A stretch of 64,000 nucleotides of DNA from Microbotryum violaceum. Its lineage: Eukaryota. The position numbers were made by a program, and so were the translations under genes. The notes under the pieces were generated by a model, which was not told the origin of the DNA, did not search any database, and saw only the letters and a program-made list of their open reading frames with translations. This document shows, in pieces, positions 27,115-40,800 of this stretch (its first letter is position 1; each line of letters begins with the position of its first letter). The stretch covers positions 124,001-188,000 of the forward strand of contig CDLV01000009.1 in assembly GCA_001244265.2 (NCBI GenBank), read 5' to 3'.

Positions 27115-29854
27115 CGAGAATGCGCAGTTCGACGACCTCATGTCGCGCGTCAAGAACGCCATGGCATCGCCTTCTTCGAAAGATGGATCGGCTGAGGCGT
27201 CACGCACGACTACGATGAAGGGTCAGGACGCTCCGGAGACGGTCGTGACGGGGTCGAGTCCGCCTCGCGTCAAGATGCCCGTCATCAAGTTGCCTTCGTC
27301 GGGGCAGAACAAGCAAGCCGCTTTCGCTTCAGTGGCAAATTCGACGACCATTCCTGCAGCCACACCCTCAGGGAGGTACAACCAGGCCTCGGTCAGACTC
27401 CCCGCTCAACCTGCGGCTACCCCGGCTGCACCACCCAAGCCGGCTTTCGAACTGCGCGAGCCACGATCGATGTTTGAACGTACCGCTCGAGCCCGATCGC
27501 CCTCCCCTGGCCCGGCATGGCGTTTGTACCCCGTCAAACTTGCATCTTACCCTACCGCGCGCCGGCCTGTCTCACGGTACAAGTTGCGCGATTTCAACGA
27601 CGCGATGAAGCCTTTACGTGTCGCATTATTGACGTGGAATCCACCGATTCAAGGATTAGGCACGAGGCGGTTGTCAAGGGACGATTATCTGCACCCCAAG
27701 AAGTTCACTAGGGGGATTTCCCAAGCCGCTGTGCAGATGCCAAAGCAAAGGATCGAACGAAGGACCGAGATCGAAATCGTCATCGTTGATCGATCAAAGC
27801 CCAAGCCGGCGGCGGTGAATGGATCGAGGAGCATGGGTGAGAGTTCGAGGTCGGCTACGCCTTCTGCTTTCGAGAGAGGATGGGGAAGTGGGAGCCCGGC
27901 GGCGGCGGCGGCGGGTAGGGTACGACCTTCGGATGCAGAGCATTGGAAACGAGCGACGCCGAGTAAGGTCAATGGCGTTTCATCTGTTGATACGACGACC
28001 GCACCTTCGACGGCGGCATTGTTCGATCCTTCGACGCCACAGCGCTTGACACCACCTCCTTCGAGTGCACAGTCTGCATCGCAGAGCGATTCGTTGCCTT
28101 CGACGTCGAAGCCTTTCCTTTCGCAAGTCTCGGCGGCAGTTTCGGCCGTCGCGGCGTCGGATCGAACGAGGGCCGTGACGGGTGATTTGGATGGGGAGGA
28201 GGTGCAAAAGACCCCGAGGGCCTCGTTGTCTGCTCCTGGTGCAGAACGTATGGAACCGACGAGTCTCGTAAGCACAGCCTTTTTTCATATATTTGTATTG
28301 GATGGTTGATTCTGACGAATGCGGTTTCCTGCTTGTTGATCGTAGGATAAGGCCAAGGCTTCATTCGATGCGACGAGCTCGCGCGTCATGCCAGCAGCAA
28401 CTTCCTCTCCCTGGCCGGTCGGCAAGGCTCCTCTTTCCTTGTCGGCCCTCGATCCGACCGCTTCGTCGCTCTGGGCTGCGCCGCCTTCGGAGCCAGGTTC
28501 GCACGTCCGATCGATGAGTCTCCCTCGTACGCGCATCGAGAACTCGTTAAAAGGTCTCGGCGACGATGATTACCCTTCGTCGATCCCCATGTCCCTCGCC
28601 GAACTCAAGAGTGAAGACGAAGGATCTCCCGAACGGACCAAGGGCGCTCAATTACCCGAGAGTTCGACGCCGGTGCCGAACAATGAGCCAAAGTTGAGAG
28701 CGGCAGCGCCGTCGTTCTCTTCGTTCCATACCGAGCACTTTGCGGCGCACCAAAGTCCTGGATCGCAGAATCCCTCGACGTTGCGCTTCTCTTCTATCCA
28801 ACGATCGGTCGCGACGCCCAGTCATGGCGTCGAGGCGTACGCGTACTCTCCACAGCTCTCCGCTGCGACGCTCGTGGGGCACTCGTACTCGCCTGCTCAC
28901 TATGCCACCGGGGCACCGCAGCACTATGCGTCGTACTCGCCCGTGCAGCAGCATCAGCAGCTCTCCCAGGCGCAACAGGCTCATTATCAAGGTCGGACGA
29001 CCTATGTCCCCACCTCGGCTGCATCACTGTACGCCTCGGGTGTGGCTGCGAGTGAATACGCAAGCGTGCCGACGACGACGGCGCATCAGCAGCAACAGGC
29101 CTATTACCGTGCGCAAGTTGCCGCTTCGGCGCAACAGCAACAACAATCGCAACAGTACCTGGTCAACCCTGCGCTCGTCGCTGCGGGGTACGGTACCTCG
29201 TCGTATGGATCCGATGCTGTCGGAGCTTACGGAGCTGTCGGAGGTGGGGCGAGTCGACATGTTTCGTCGCACGGCGGTGTCTCAGCTGCGTCTACTGCCG
29301 GGGGCATCTATGCGGCCCACCCCGCGTACGGGGTGAGCCCCATCTCTCGATCATCGATGTACTCCCCCATCCCTTCCTCGAACCGAGTCTACGTCAGCTC
29401 GAACGTCTCATCGCACTACTCCCACGACCTTCCCCGTAACGACGTCATTTCCTCCTCCTCCAACTACGGCTCGACCGCCACCCCTTCCTCAACAACGACG
29501 ACTAGCAGCACTTCGCCTTACTCTCATTCACGAACGATCGACAGCGCTCTATCCAGCGGTACACCGGCAACGGGATCGAGTTTCATCTCCGGTCCCATCA
29601 GCCCCGTCATCATGCCTCAACATTTACAACCTCATGCCGTGCATCTCGTACCATCAGGATCGATCGGTTCCGCCTTCCCTTCCACAGCCGGAGCAGGGAA
29701 TCGAGGTGCCAATGCAGGAGCAGCACAGGGTGGTCGAGGTGGTTACGGTGGTATATCATCGAGTGGTGCGCGAGCGGTGTCCGCTAATGTTGGCGGCGTC
29801 CATGGTGGTTACCAAGGGCATCAGCAAGCTGGAACTTATCGGTCGCAATGGTGA
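24091..29854 (+). CDS. Large low-complexity (S/P/T/Q-rich) protein with a central coiled coil; possibly PRRC2/BAT2-like
   Basis: ORFs 24091-24783, 24824-25498, 25499-28309 and 28388-29854 are joined by GT-AG introns. Conserved-looking block EFPTAAEA...FRGVHLDPNASHWDEM...FLDDTIEFADGTQYKI, then coiled coil AAAERARVRRQEEERER. Confidence 0.7.
27077..27112 (+). repeat. (CAG)12 poly-Gln microsatellite in coding sequence
   Basis: Direct reading of the sequence. Confidence 0.95.
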
Positions 29855-29964
29855 GGGAGGGTTGTTCAGCAGGGTCCACGGATCGAGTCACAACAGAACG
29901 AGTAAACTTTTTTTTTGCAGGAAAAGTGGTGCTTTTCAATTTTCGGAACATGAGAAGTCCCTTC

Positions 29965-29995
<31 letters not shown>

Positions 29996-30205
29996 GTGTT
30001 TAGGTCGTTTTGGTTGACGTTTCTTTTCTTTTCTCTTTCTCTTGGACTGAATGAAACAACTTTCAAAAAAAGCTTTTGTCACGTAATCCAGACCGTACGA
30101 AGAGTAACATTACCACAGCATTTTAATAACGTACAACATTACAAAGTCCCAAAAATGAGACCACACCTCCCACAACGTCATGAGTGAGCGACGAAGAAAA
30201 AAAAA

Positions 30206-33200
30206 CTACCCCGTCCCGTCGCGCAACAAATGTCCCAACCCCAACGCCCTCCAATTCTGTTCCCTCTCCGACTCTTGCCTCGAACCTCCTCCCCCACCCA
30301 CTTCCGAAAGACTCATTAAAGTTCCTACTCCCCTCATCGATCCTAAAGGAGTTTTCGACCTCGCTTGAGAAGAAGAAGTTGTAGATCCGTCGGACAAGGA
30401 AAGTTGATCTATCCTTTCTTGTATCGTCATGGTTGGTGCACCCGTTCGTCCAAAATTTGATGACGAAGACGATGACGACGTTGGCTTTACTTTGGTCGCT
30501 CGATATCCCCTAGGAAGGGCCGAACCTGTGGATTGAAAGTAGGTCATCAGCTTCTTCTTCTTCTCCTTTCGGGGAGGGTCGATCAGCAAAAGAGTCCCCA
30601 AAAGTATGAACGAACGCGACTAGCTCACCTTCTTCCAAAGCAGCCTGTAAGATCCCACCCGTTCTATCAAGGCTATACAAGAACCTCAACAATTCCCTAC
30701 AAAGTGTCCATTCACCCTGCTTCATACAAATTTTCAATAAACCTACCGTATCCTTTCCACTTTGTTCCAAAGGTTCCAAATTATGTAAAATCAACAAATA
30801 CGAAGCAGCCGTTTTAAATTCGTTTGATTCGATACATTTTTCAAAGAGACGACGTGGTGATCCGGCATAGTTGAAGAGGAGTGACCAATGAGTTAATTCG
30901 GTTTTACGAGCGCAGTTGACCACGATTGAGAGTGAGGAAGGGAAATGATCGAGAAAATCGATCACGGTCGAAAGTAGAGTGGCTGGTCGAGTTTCGTCGT
31001 CGTCGTCGTTCTTTTCCGAGGTAGAGAAATCGATCGAGGTAATTTGGTTCGTGGGCTTATCCGCTTCGTCTTCTAGTACACCATGTAATAAGATCTCTAG
31101 CGCATGCGCGAAGTAGACTAGGTGCTGGTAGTGGGAGGCAAAGAGAACGGCCTCCCTCATCGGATGCCTAGCGAGGTGAAACCTAAGTACGTGGTGTAAG
31201 AAGAGTTGGGTCGAGGTGATGATGCGGAAGAGGGCAAAATCGAGCGTCTTGCGTAATGAAGTTTCCTGATCGATCCCTACGATGATACCTTTCTCCATTA
31301 GGACAGCTATAAGCGTAGTACGGTGCACCGTCCGAAAGAAAAGAAGAAAATCAGCCGAAACTTCAAATTCCCAAAACTTTGATTTGAGAACCCCCTGACT
31401 CACCGAGTGGATACAAATCCAATTTAATCCCTACCGACTCTCTAACTCTTTCATAAGCATCCTTTTTCGCATCGACTAAAACCTTTTCGATCGTTAAAGC
31501 ATCCAACCAAATCCTAATCCTCTCTCCATCCCAACCCCACAACGAGTTCTCCAAGGTCCCGATTCCCGAAAGATGGGTCCAATAGAATTCGATTCGGTCG
31601 GCGAGGATTTGGAGGTCGTATTTAACTTCTTCGTGGGCCGCTCGACGGGGTCGAAGGATTACGAGTTGACCCGAGATGAGGAAGATGATCGTTGCGACGT
31701 TGAGGTCGTCGGCGGGGTCACCGAATTCTGGGTTCAGACGCAGGCAGGAAGAGGAGATCAGAAAGACGGGACGGGACGATGGGGTGTAGGATCCTTAGGA
31801 TCAACTCACGTTGTTGACTCTTGGGTACTAACCAACTGAGACCTCTGACTTTCCAAGGATCCTTAACGACCCCTTCGAAACCAATACTACCGCACAACCT
31901 CAACCTACTCCCCACCCCTCGACCATTAAGGACCCTCGGATGAGGTCTCATCAAGAAATGATGAAACGTATTATCCTCCGTGTAGACCAACAGACTCGAA
32001 TCAAATACGGTGAGCACCAACGGACGACTTGACAAAGTGACCGTTTCGAGTGAGTTTGAGTCGTCCAAACTCAACGCTTGTTCGCGTGCGAAAACGGCGA
32101 GTTGATAACCCCTTTCGATACCTTTCGTTTGAGCAGAGCGTGTAGAGGTCGTCGGATCGACGCATCCGACGATCAACAGATTGGCCCACCAGGCCATTCC
32201 ACCGACGACGTGGAACGCGTTTTCTTCCTTCTCGGATTCGAACAACTTCCAACGACCCGAAAGGGCATTATAGTGCGTAAAGCCTCGACGACCGGCGACG
32301 GCGATGAATCGCGCGTCGTGGGAGATGACGGCGTATCGAATTGGATGTTGGGTCGCAATGTACGACGCCGGGATCTGTACGCTTCCCACCACTGCCGTAG
32401 GTCAGATGGGGTTCTCTCGGTTTTCCCTTCTGCCACTGCGGTGGAGCGTACCTTGATGTGTTGCCAGACATCCGACTCGGGGTTGATGACGCTCATGTCC
32501 GGTTGGTCAGCTCCACGATAGACCATGACCCGATCGTCCATTTGCAAGAAAGCGTGGTTCGTATTATCGGGCGTATGAGCGGTCGTAACGGCACTCTTGG
32601 CGAATGGGATCACAAACAGTTGTTCGTCATGGGCTGCGAAGGGAAGATAAACCTGTTAAAAAAACAACAAAGGGGAGTGATAAAAGGCTCATAAACGGAT
32701 CATGCTCACCTTTGGACTTGGGATACACAGGCGGTGGACATAGTACGACCAATTCGTACCCTCCTCGGGTCCAAAACATCCCCCTCACGCCATTCATGAA
32801 ATGATCTTCGAACGCATCACTTTTCTCCCCTTCGACGCCATAGCCAGCCTTGAGACTCCCTTGAACGGACCACGAACCGAGTCGACCATAGACGGACCAG
32901 ATGGACCACCCGAGGTGCCAACCTACGGCGAGTGCATACCCGTCGGGCGTATAGGAGAGGCAAGTGACGTGGCCCGTGTCGAGGCCCGTGGCGGTCGTGT
33001 TGAGGGACTTGCGCAGCGAATGCTCGTGCGAAAAGGTCGGAGCGTAAAGTTTGGAGCACGATGAAGGCGAGTTGGAAGTCGTTGCGGCGGCGCCAAGAGA
33101 TAGGTTGTACGCGCTGATGGTGCCACTAGGGTTCGCCGCGAAGGGGTGGTGGTCAGCAAGTCCGATCAATAAATACGATGCATATGATGCCGACTCACTC

Positions 33201-34921
33201 TTGGCATCCCACAGCCACCAAACCAAATTTCTCATTCAGGGCCAGACAAGTTCCGCCTTTACCCTGGTCCAGTAGCTTTTCCTGCTTCTGAAGCATCTCC
33301 TGCTCATCGCCGTCCTCGACGGCTTCAACTCGAGGGTGGAAACAGACGCCTTGCCATTCCCACTCTTGTAAAACGTGTGGTTCGAGCGGGGTATCGGATC
33401 CGACTTGTTCGACCCCCAATCTTTTCGTACCAACATTAAGGATGGGTGAGGTCGGTAAAGAAGAAGCCGGACCGAACGAAGCCGTACTAGAAGGTCGTCG
33501 GGACCAGGTGCTGCCTGGTGTCTGCGGAGGGGTGACGGAAGGTGCCCACCGCACGAGGTAGGCCCTTGCGTCCGAGGTGAGCATGACGAACCGGGTCGGT
33601 GTTCGGGGAAGTGGAGTGGCTGGATGACTGTGTTTGAACGACGAGGAGGTGGAGGACTGTCGGCGAGCGATGGAGGGTCGAGGTTTGTTGGGGTTCGGGG
33701 TTTCGAGTGGTGTCGAGGTCGGCCCTTCGGACAAGGGGATCAAGGAGGTGACCGAGACTGTGTATTACCGAAAGAGTGTCAGACCCGTGCATCTAATTGG
33801 CAGGACCAATGCGGTGCGCTGACCTTCTCCGGAATCGCAGTTGATGAGCCAGGGCCATTCGTCGAGCACTACGGTCTCTGCCTCACTCGGGGCAGTCGGA
33901 TTGAAGCCCGTAGCCAAGGCGTCCCATCCGGATCCTTTGCGTGCGTGGCCAGGCCGGTCGGTAAAGGCATTCAAGTTTACCGAGGAAGACGTCGGAGGTA
34001 TCGGGGGTGGGGGCTGATGGTGAGCCTGGTTCGAGTCCGAGGCCGAATCCGAAAAGAATGGCGAAGGGAAGGGTACGATTCGGAGCGTCGGAGGATCTTG
34101 AATTGCGAGAATGAGTGAATGCGGGGTGAGGCAAACACTGTTGGGGGGGCGCGTGAGAGATTGGATCAGTTTTTGGTGGGTGATCGGGTGGGGTGCAGTA
34201 GCATTTACGTACCATCCGACGCCGTCTCCAATGGCCAAGCCCCTTTCGGCTTCTCCCCGGAGGACGATCCCCTGTAGGTTGGCCCCCTCGCCCGGCCCCT
34301 TGGGCCATACCGCGTCCCCCTTTTGGCCGCCGGGCACGGTATAGACGTCGTTGTTGCTCTTGGTGCGGTGATTGAGCGATGCGGCCGAGTCGATCGAGTA
34401 GAGGAGGTGGTGGCCGGAGGTGGTGGTGACGACGAGCCGAGTGGGGGTATGGAACGCGACGAGCGAGTTGGAGCCATGGGTTCGGAGCGACAAGGGCGTT
34501 CTCCTCAGTTTGGCCAACACGACCTTGGGCTGTGAGGTGGTAGAAACTGGGCGGTGAGTATCAAGTGGGATGGCGGCGATGAGGTTTTGTACGGCAAGCC
34601 GAGTGTTTTCAGGGGGTGGGGTATGTATCGATCGATCCGACTCACGGTGACCGTCCACACGCTCAATTCCTCCCTCGTCAACACGGCCCAGAACCCACCA
34701 TGATCGAGCTGATGATCGAGCTCATCTGTTGCGCTCGCGATCGCGATCAACTCCTCCCCTTCCTCCTCCAACAAGCCGCCGAGACTGTGCTTGAACCTCG
34801 GGTGCGCTCCTCTTCCGGGCGTCTTGTACGCCGTCGGCTTCACCGTCGAACACGGCACACTGGGCAGTGCCGAGGTCGTCGTCGAGAGTCGCGTCGACGG
34901 CAGAGGGGAGGGGACGTACAT
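30206..34921 (-). CDS. RIC1: RIC1, subunit of the Rab6/Ypt6 GEF complex; multi-exon
   Basis: YTPDGYALAVGW; VYRGADQPDMSVINPESDVWQHI; RFIAVAGRRGF; FAHALEILLHGVLE; IVVNCARKTELTHWSLLF; TAASYLLIL; CRELLRFL. Confidence 0.9.
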
Positions 34922-35291
34922 CCCTTCTTGGCCGGTGCTTCCTGTACGCGACTGTACGCTCCCCAAGCCAACAGCAGAAGCAGAGCCGACCACGTCTCCG
35001 AGCGAGTTCAACCTTGGATTAGTGGCCCAATAGCAATCCGCATTAATGAGCCAACAAGAACCCAAGATTTCTAGGTATCAATATAATTATGCTGTTAATG
35101 AAGTCTATCAAATAAAATAAATAAAAAAATAAAATCAAAAAAAAACCTCGTCTAATCTCCCAGTAATGACCTCGTGTAATACTAACGTAATAATAATGCC
35201 CCAATCTCAAACACCGATCACGCGCGCCTCTTTGATCATCAACCTCGACTACATCTCAAAAGAATCCCACCAACTCGGGCTCGTCGCAAAG

Positions 35292-37400
35292 ATGGGTATC
35301 ACCGAAAAAATAGACGAGATCGTCAAGGAAATGCAAGTCCACCCTTTTACGCAGATGATGTTGGCGGTTGGCCTTCCTGTCGAGCTAACCTCCCCGCTGA
35401 GTTGGCAGGGCGAGGACGCAGAAAAACAAGGTATGCTCACCTTTTAGAATGAAGCCCAACAAGTTTGATCCTGATCACCTCTCACTCCCCCCTTTTAGGC
35501 CACCGAAGGACATCTCGGATCGCTCGTGAGCACGACCCATATTCCCCCAGCCAGAGCCAGCATCTCTCGAGCCCCCCCCCCCTTTAACTGACCTCCACCC
35601 GACCCAAATACCAGAAAGCCAAATTGGCGCGCTACCGAGCCGAACTGCTCGAACCGGCCAAAACGGGCAAAGCAGGCGACGGATTCGACGTCTCCAAAGC
35701 CGGCTACGGACGAGTCGCCTTGATCGGCTTCCCTTCGGTCGGTAAATCGACCTTGTTGAGCAAGTTGACCGGTACCCAGTCCGAGGCAGCTTCCTACGAG
35801 TTTACCACCTTGGTCGCTATTCCTGGGTGAGCACATCCGAAACAAGGCAGCGATCGCCGAGAGCACTTGCCCGTTCACTTTCGAGCGCTGATTCTTCTCC
35901 GACTCTTGCCTCTCCGTGCTCAGTGTGCTGAATATCGATGGAGCCAAAGTTCAATGTGAGTTCTCCCCATCCGATCATCTTTCTTTGATCGTCAAACTGA
36001 TTCATCTGTACGTGTTGGAATCGCACTACAGTGCTCGACTTGCCCGGAATCGTCGAAGGAGCAGCAAGCGGCAAAGGTCGAGGAAGGCAGGTCATTGCCG
36101 CCGCAAAGGTGCGTAGACTCTGATTCGACCTAGTCCCTGCCCTGCCCAAGCACCTGCTGACGATGCTGCTCTTTCGTTCGTGCAGAGCGCCGATTTGGTT
36201 CTGGTCAGTCTTTACTTTGGAAAAGGTCACCCTTTGATGTTTTCCACTGGCTCACTGCCTCGTCGATTCGTACCGGCAAACAGATGATGCTTGATGCCAC
36301 AAAGTAACTCTACTCGTGGGGGTTCCAAGTGCTACACCCAGCGCTGACAGGGTTCAGCTCCACTTTAACAGAGCTGCAAATCAACGGCGGCTGCTCGAGA
36401 TCGAGCTCGAGGCAGTCGGGATGAGGTTGAACCGCAAGAAGCCTGATGTAATCGTGCGGATAAAGGTGAGGGTCCATCATGCCGAATAGTTTCTTGCGGG
36501 GTGTTAATCATACTTGCATCGTCTCCCAGGCCGCTGGAGGTGTGACGATCACGCATACCGTACCTTTGACAAGAACGGACGAGCGCGCGATCAAAGGTGT
36601 GATGAGTGCCTACAAAGTATGCCTCACTTTCCCGCTTTTGGTATTCCCCCAGCAGCGCGACTGAATACTGAGGCTGATCTTTGTTCTTGACGCCGTTAGT
36701 TGCACAATGCCGATATCATGATTCGAGAAGATGTCAGTAGCTCGGGACCTCCATCCTGGCATTGGCTCAAAAGACTCTAAAGACACCCCCCCCTCCCCTC
36801 CACTTGATGACAGATCACGACCGACGACCTGATCGATGTCATTCTCGGTACACGCAAATACGTTCCCTGTCTCTACTGCTACAACAAGATTGACGCCGTT
36901 TCGCTTGAAGAAGTGGACCGTATCGCTCGGGAACCTAATACGGTCGTCATCTCGTGTGAACTCGACCTAAACCTCGATACGTTGTTGAAGAGGATTTGGG
37001 AATTGATTGGGTTGAATAGGGTCTATACGAAGAAGAGGGGAGCTTTACCTGATTTGGGAGATCCTTTGATCGTCAAGATGGATGCGGATATCGAGGGAGT
37101 GGTGAGTGATGGTCGGCATTCACATCGCTCCGAGGGGTCACGACACGACTCGCTGATTGCTCGTCGCTCGCCTTTGCTCAGTGCAACGCCATTCATAAGA
37201 ACATTGCATCAAAGTTCAAATACGCACTAGGTCAGTTTCTTCTCTACTCCACTCTTCTCTTTTCCCTCCAGATCACTGAAGCATCATATTCTTTCGCAGT
37301 CTGGGGCAAGAGTTCAAAGTTCGCGCCGAAACCACAGAGGGTCGGTTTAACGCACCGGATCGCACCGGACGATGTTGTATCTTTGGTCACGAACGTGTAG
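35292..37400 (+). CDS. RBG2: Developmentally regulated GTP-binding protein 2 (Rbg2/DRG2); many short exons
   Basis: [90 protein letters not shown]-like tail [16 protein letters not shown]. Confidence 0.93.
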
Positions 37401-37889
37401 AAGAGGTGGTGTGGTCACACCGGGTCATACTGCAAGGAGGCGAAGTTGCGGTCGTTTCAACAAATTTTGCACAGAGCACTGAGACTCGCACTGCGATCCG
37501 CACTGAGATCCTTGGCCGGCTCAGAACGTCGGCGGGTGCCATATCTTTCCTACCGTGCTGCGGGGCGACGCTTGATTGGTGCATCGAGGCGTAGGCTTGC
37601 AAGAAGGGAAGCATACGCAATGAGAAATCTAGCCGATAAGAGGGAAGAGAGAGGAAAAGGTATTGGATCTGTACGGAAAAAGTGGAAGGGATCTACCTCT
37701 CAAGCGCGCAATCCTAATGAGACAATTGACCGGTTTAGTTGATGGCCACAACTTGGCGCGTCGTAATCGCCTGCGCCGGCCTGGTCGCACGTTGTGGCTC
37801 TCTCGCTCCGATTGCCATCCGCGCTGCTCTGCGCTGCTCTACGCTGCTCTGCCGGCTGCTCGACTCTCCCCCGACCCCGACCCGAGCCG

Positions 37890-40800
37890 ATGGCGACCCA
37901 GCCCGCGTCGACGACCGTAAGCAGCAAGAATGCGCCGTTCGGCAGTGGCCTCGTACCGGTCGACTCGCCTGACGTGGCGACGTTGACGCTGGTGCAACCG
38001 CTGCCGTTGTGGGCGCGGTCGTACGTCGGGCCGTGGCTGCTGCTGTACCCACTCGCAGCGTACGCCTTTTACATCAAGTACGATACCTACATCCAATCCA
38101 TCGGTCAGTCCCATTAGCCGGCCATGGGCTGTTCTGTTTGTGTGCGCTTCCACCCCGCCACCACCTCCACTGACCTGACATTCACCCGCCTTCTTCCCTC
38201 TGTTCCCTCTGCGCTCATGACATTCCTCGGTGGAACGGCTGCTCATCCCGTCTCCGCTGTTCCCCCAACCCGACCCTGACAACCACACCACACGGCATGA
38301 TGCACCCCCTCAGAATGGTCGTTCTTGTTGAGCATCTGCCTATTCGGTGGCCACGCGCTCAGTTTCCTCTTTACCCGATGGAGCGTCGCCTTCCGTTCGC
38401 GCGGAGAAGCCCGACACGTCAGTCATTCAATACCATCTCTTCCGGGCGTAGAGGCATCCGAGTCACTCATCCTCTCGAACCCAACAACAGGTCACCGACA
38501 TTGACACCGCTCAGAAGATCAAGGTCATCCCCAAGCTCCATCGAGGCAAGGGGGAGATCGTCAACCTGCAGCGGACCGAGGTCAGTTCCGTTTCAGCGTC
38601 AGCGTACCCGTACCATTAGGCGATGTATTCACATCAGAGTTGCGCGATTTCCGTCTCGGTGCAGCGACCGGGTCAATCCCCCTTGATCTACTTTACCTAC
38701 CAACGCGACAAATACCTCTACTCGCCTGAAACCAGCTCGTTCGCGCGCATCTCGTATCCGTGCGATGCCAAACCCGCGCTATCCACACTCCAGAAATCGA
38801 CAGGTCTGTCCACTGCAGCCGAGATCGATCGAGTACAACGCGACTACGGCCGTAACGTGTTCGACATCCCCGTCCCGACCTTTTTGGAACTTCTCGGCGA
38901 GCACGCCGTCGCACCCTTCTTCGTCTTCCAGGTCTTCTGCGCCGGTCTGTGGTGCCTCGACGAGTACTGGTACTACTCGCTCTTCACCCTCTTCATGCTC
39001 ATCGTTTTCGAATGCACGACCGTCTTCCAGCGTCTCAGGACCGTTGGCGAGTTCCGAAGCATGTCCATCACGCCCTACGCGATCATGGTCCGCCGCGAGA
39101 ACAAGTGGATCGAGGTGCAGACCCCTGACTTGCTCCCCGGTGATCTCGTGTCGATCGTTCGCTCCAAGGAAGACTCGGGTGTCGCTTGCGATCTCTTGCT
39201 CCTCCGCGGCTCGTGCATCGTTAACGAGGCGATGCTTTCGGGTGAATCGACGCCGCTGCTCAAGGAATCCGTCGAGCTACGCCCCGGCAAGGAAGCGCTC
39301 GACATTGACGGTGTCGACCGCAATTCGGTCTTGTTTGGTGGAACCAAGGTGCTGCAGGCGACCGGCGTCGATCCCAAGGACAAGCTCGCCGCTCCCGATG
39401 GGGGCTGCCTCGCCTTCGTCCTGCGCACCGGTTTCGGCACCAGTCAAGGCCAGCTGATCCGCACCATGATCTTTTCAACCGAGACCGTGTCGGCCAACAA
39501 CATTGAAAGCTTTCTCTTCATCGCCTTCCTGCTCGTCTTTGCTCTCGCCGCCAGTGCTTACGTCTGGGTAAAGGGTGTCGAGCAGGACCTCAAGCGGTCC
39601 AAGCTGCTCCTCGATTGCGTGATCATCATCACCTCCGTCGTACCTCCCGAATTGCCGATGGAGTTGACCATGGCCGTCAACGCTTCCCTCGTCGCACTTA
39701 GCAAGTACTCGATCTTTTGCACGGAACCTTTCCGCATCCCCTTTGCCGGCCGCGTTGATGTGTGTTGCTTTGACAAAACCGGCACGATCACGGGCGAAGA
39801 CCTCGTGGTCGAAGGTGTTGCCGGTGTCGACACCAACGACCGTCAGAAACTCGTCCCCGTCAAGGAGACGTCGTACGAGACGACTTTGACCCTCGCCTGC
39901 GCCCACGCCCTCGTTCTCCTCGATGACGGTGTCGTAGGTGATCCCATGGAGAAGACGACCTTGGATGCGCTCGAGTGGAATCTTTCGGCCGGTGATAAGA
40001 TCACGCCTCTCGACCCGACGACTTCGAGAGTCGGTGGCGAAGTGCACGTCAAGCGCCGTTTCCAATTCTCGTCGCAGCTCAAGCGTATGTCGACCCTTTC
40101 GACCGTCATCCCCGCGAACGGCGGTGCCGCCAAGACACTCGTCGCCGTCAAGGGTGCCCCCGAGACGCTCAAGACGATGTACAAGTCCGTTCCCGAAGGC
40201 TACGAGCAGACTTACAAATGGTACGCGCAGCGCGGTAGTCGCGTCCTCGCACTTGGTTACAAGTGGGTGGACTCGATGTCCAAGAATGAACTCAACACGA
40301 CGTCGAGGGAAAAGGTCGAATGCGAACTCGAGTTCGCTGGCTTCTTGGTCTTCCACTGCCCGCTCAAACCCGATGCCGTCCAGACGTTGAAGGACCTGGC
40401 CGACTCGTCCCATCGCTGCGTCATGATCACCGGTGACAACCCGTTGACCGCGACCCACGTAGCCCGCGAGGTCGAGATCGTCGATCGACAAGTGCTTATC
40501 CTCGACGTGCGCGAAGGAGGCGAGGGTGAAGCCGATCTTTCATGGAGGACCCCTGACGAATCCAAAGTCATCAAGGTCAACCCCGAGGAACCGATTGATG
40601 TCTCCCTCTTTGACGAGTACGACATTTGCATGACCGGTGCCGCGTTGCGCCAGTACGCCGATCGACCCGAGAGCTGGACCCAACTCGTCCAAAACACCTG
40701 GGTTTACGCACGCGTCTCGCCCGCACAAAAAGAGTTCATCCTGACCTCGCTCAAATCGCTCGGATATATCACGCTCATGGCCGGTGACGGAACGAACGAC

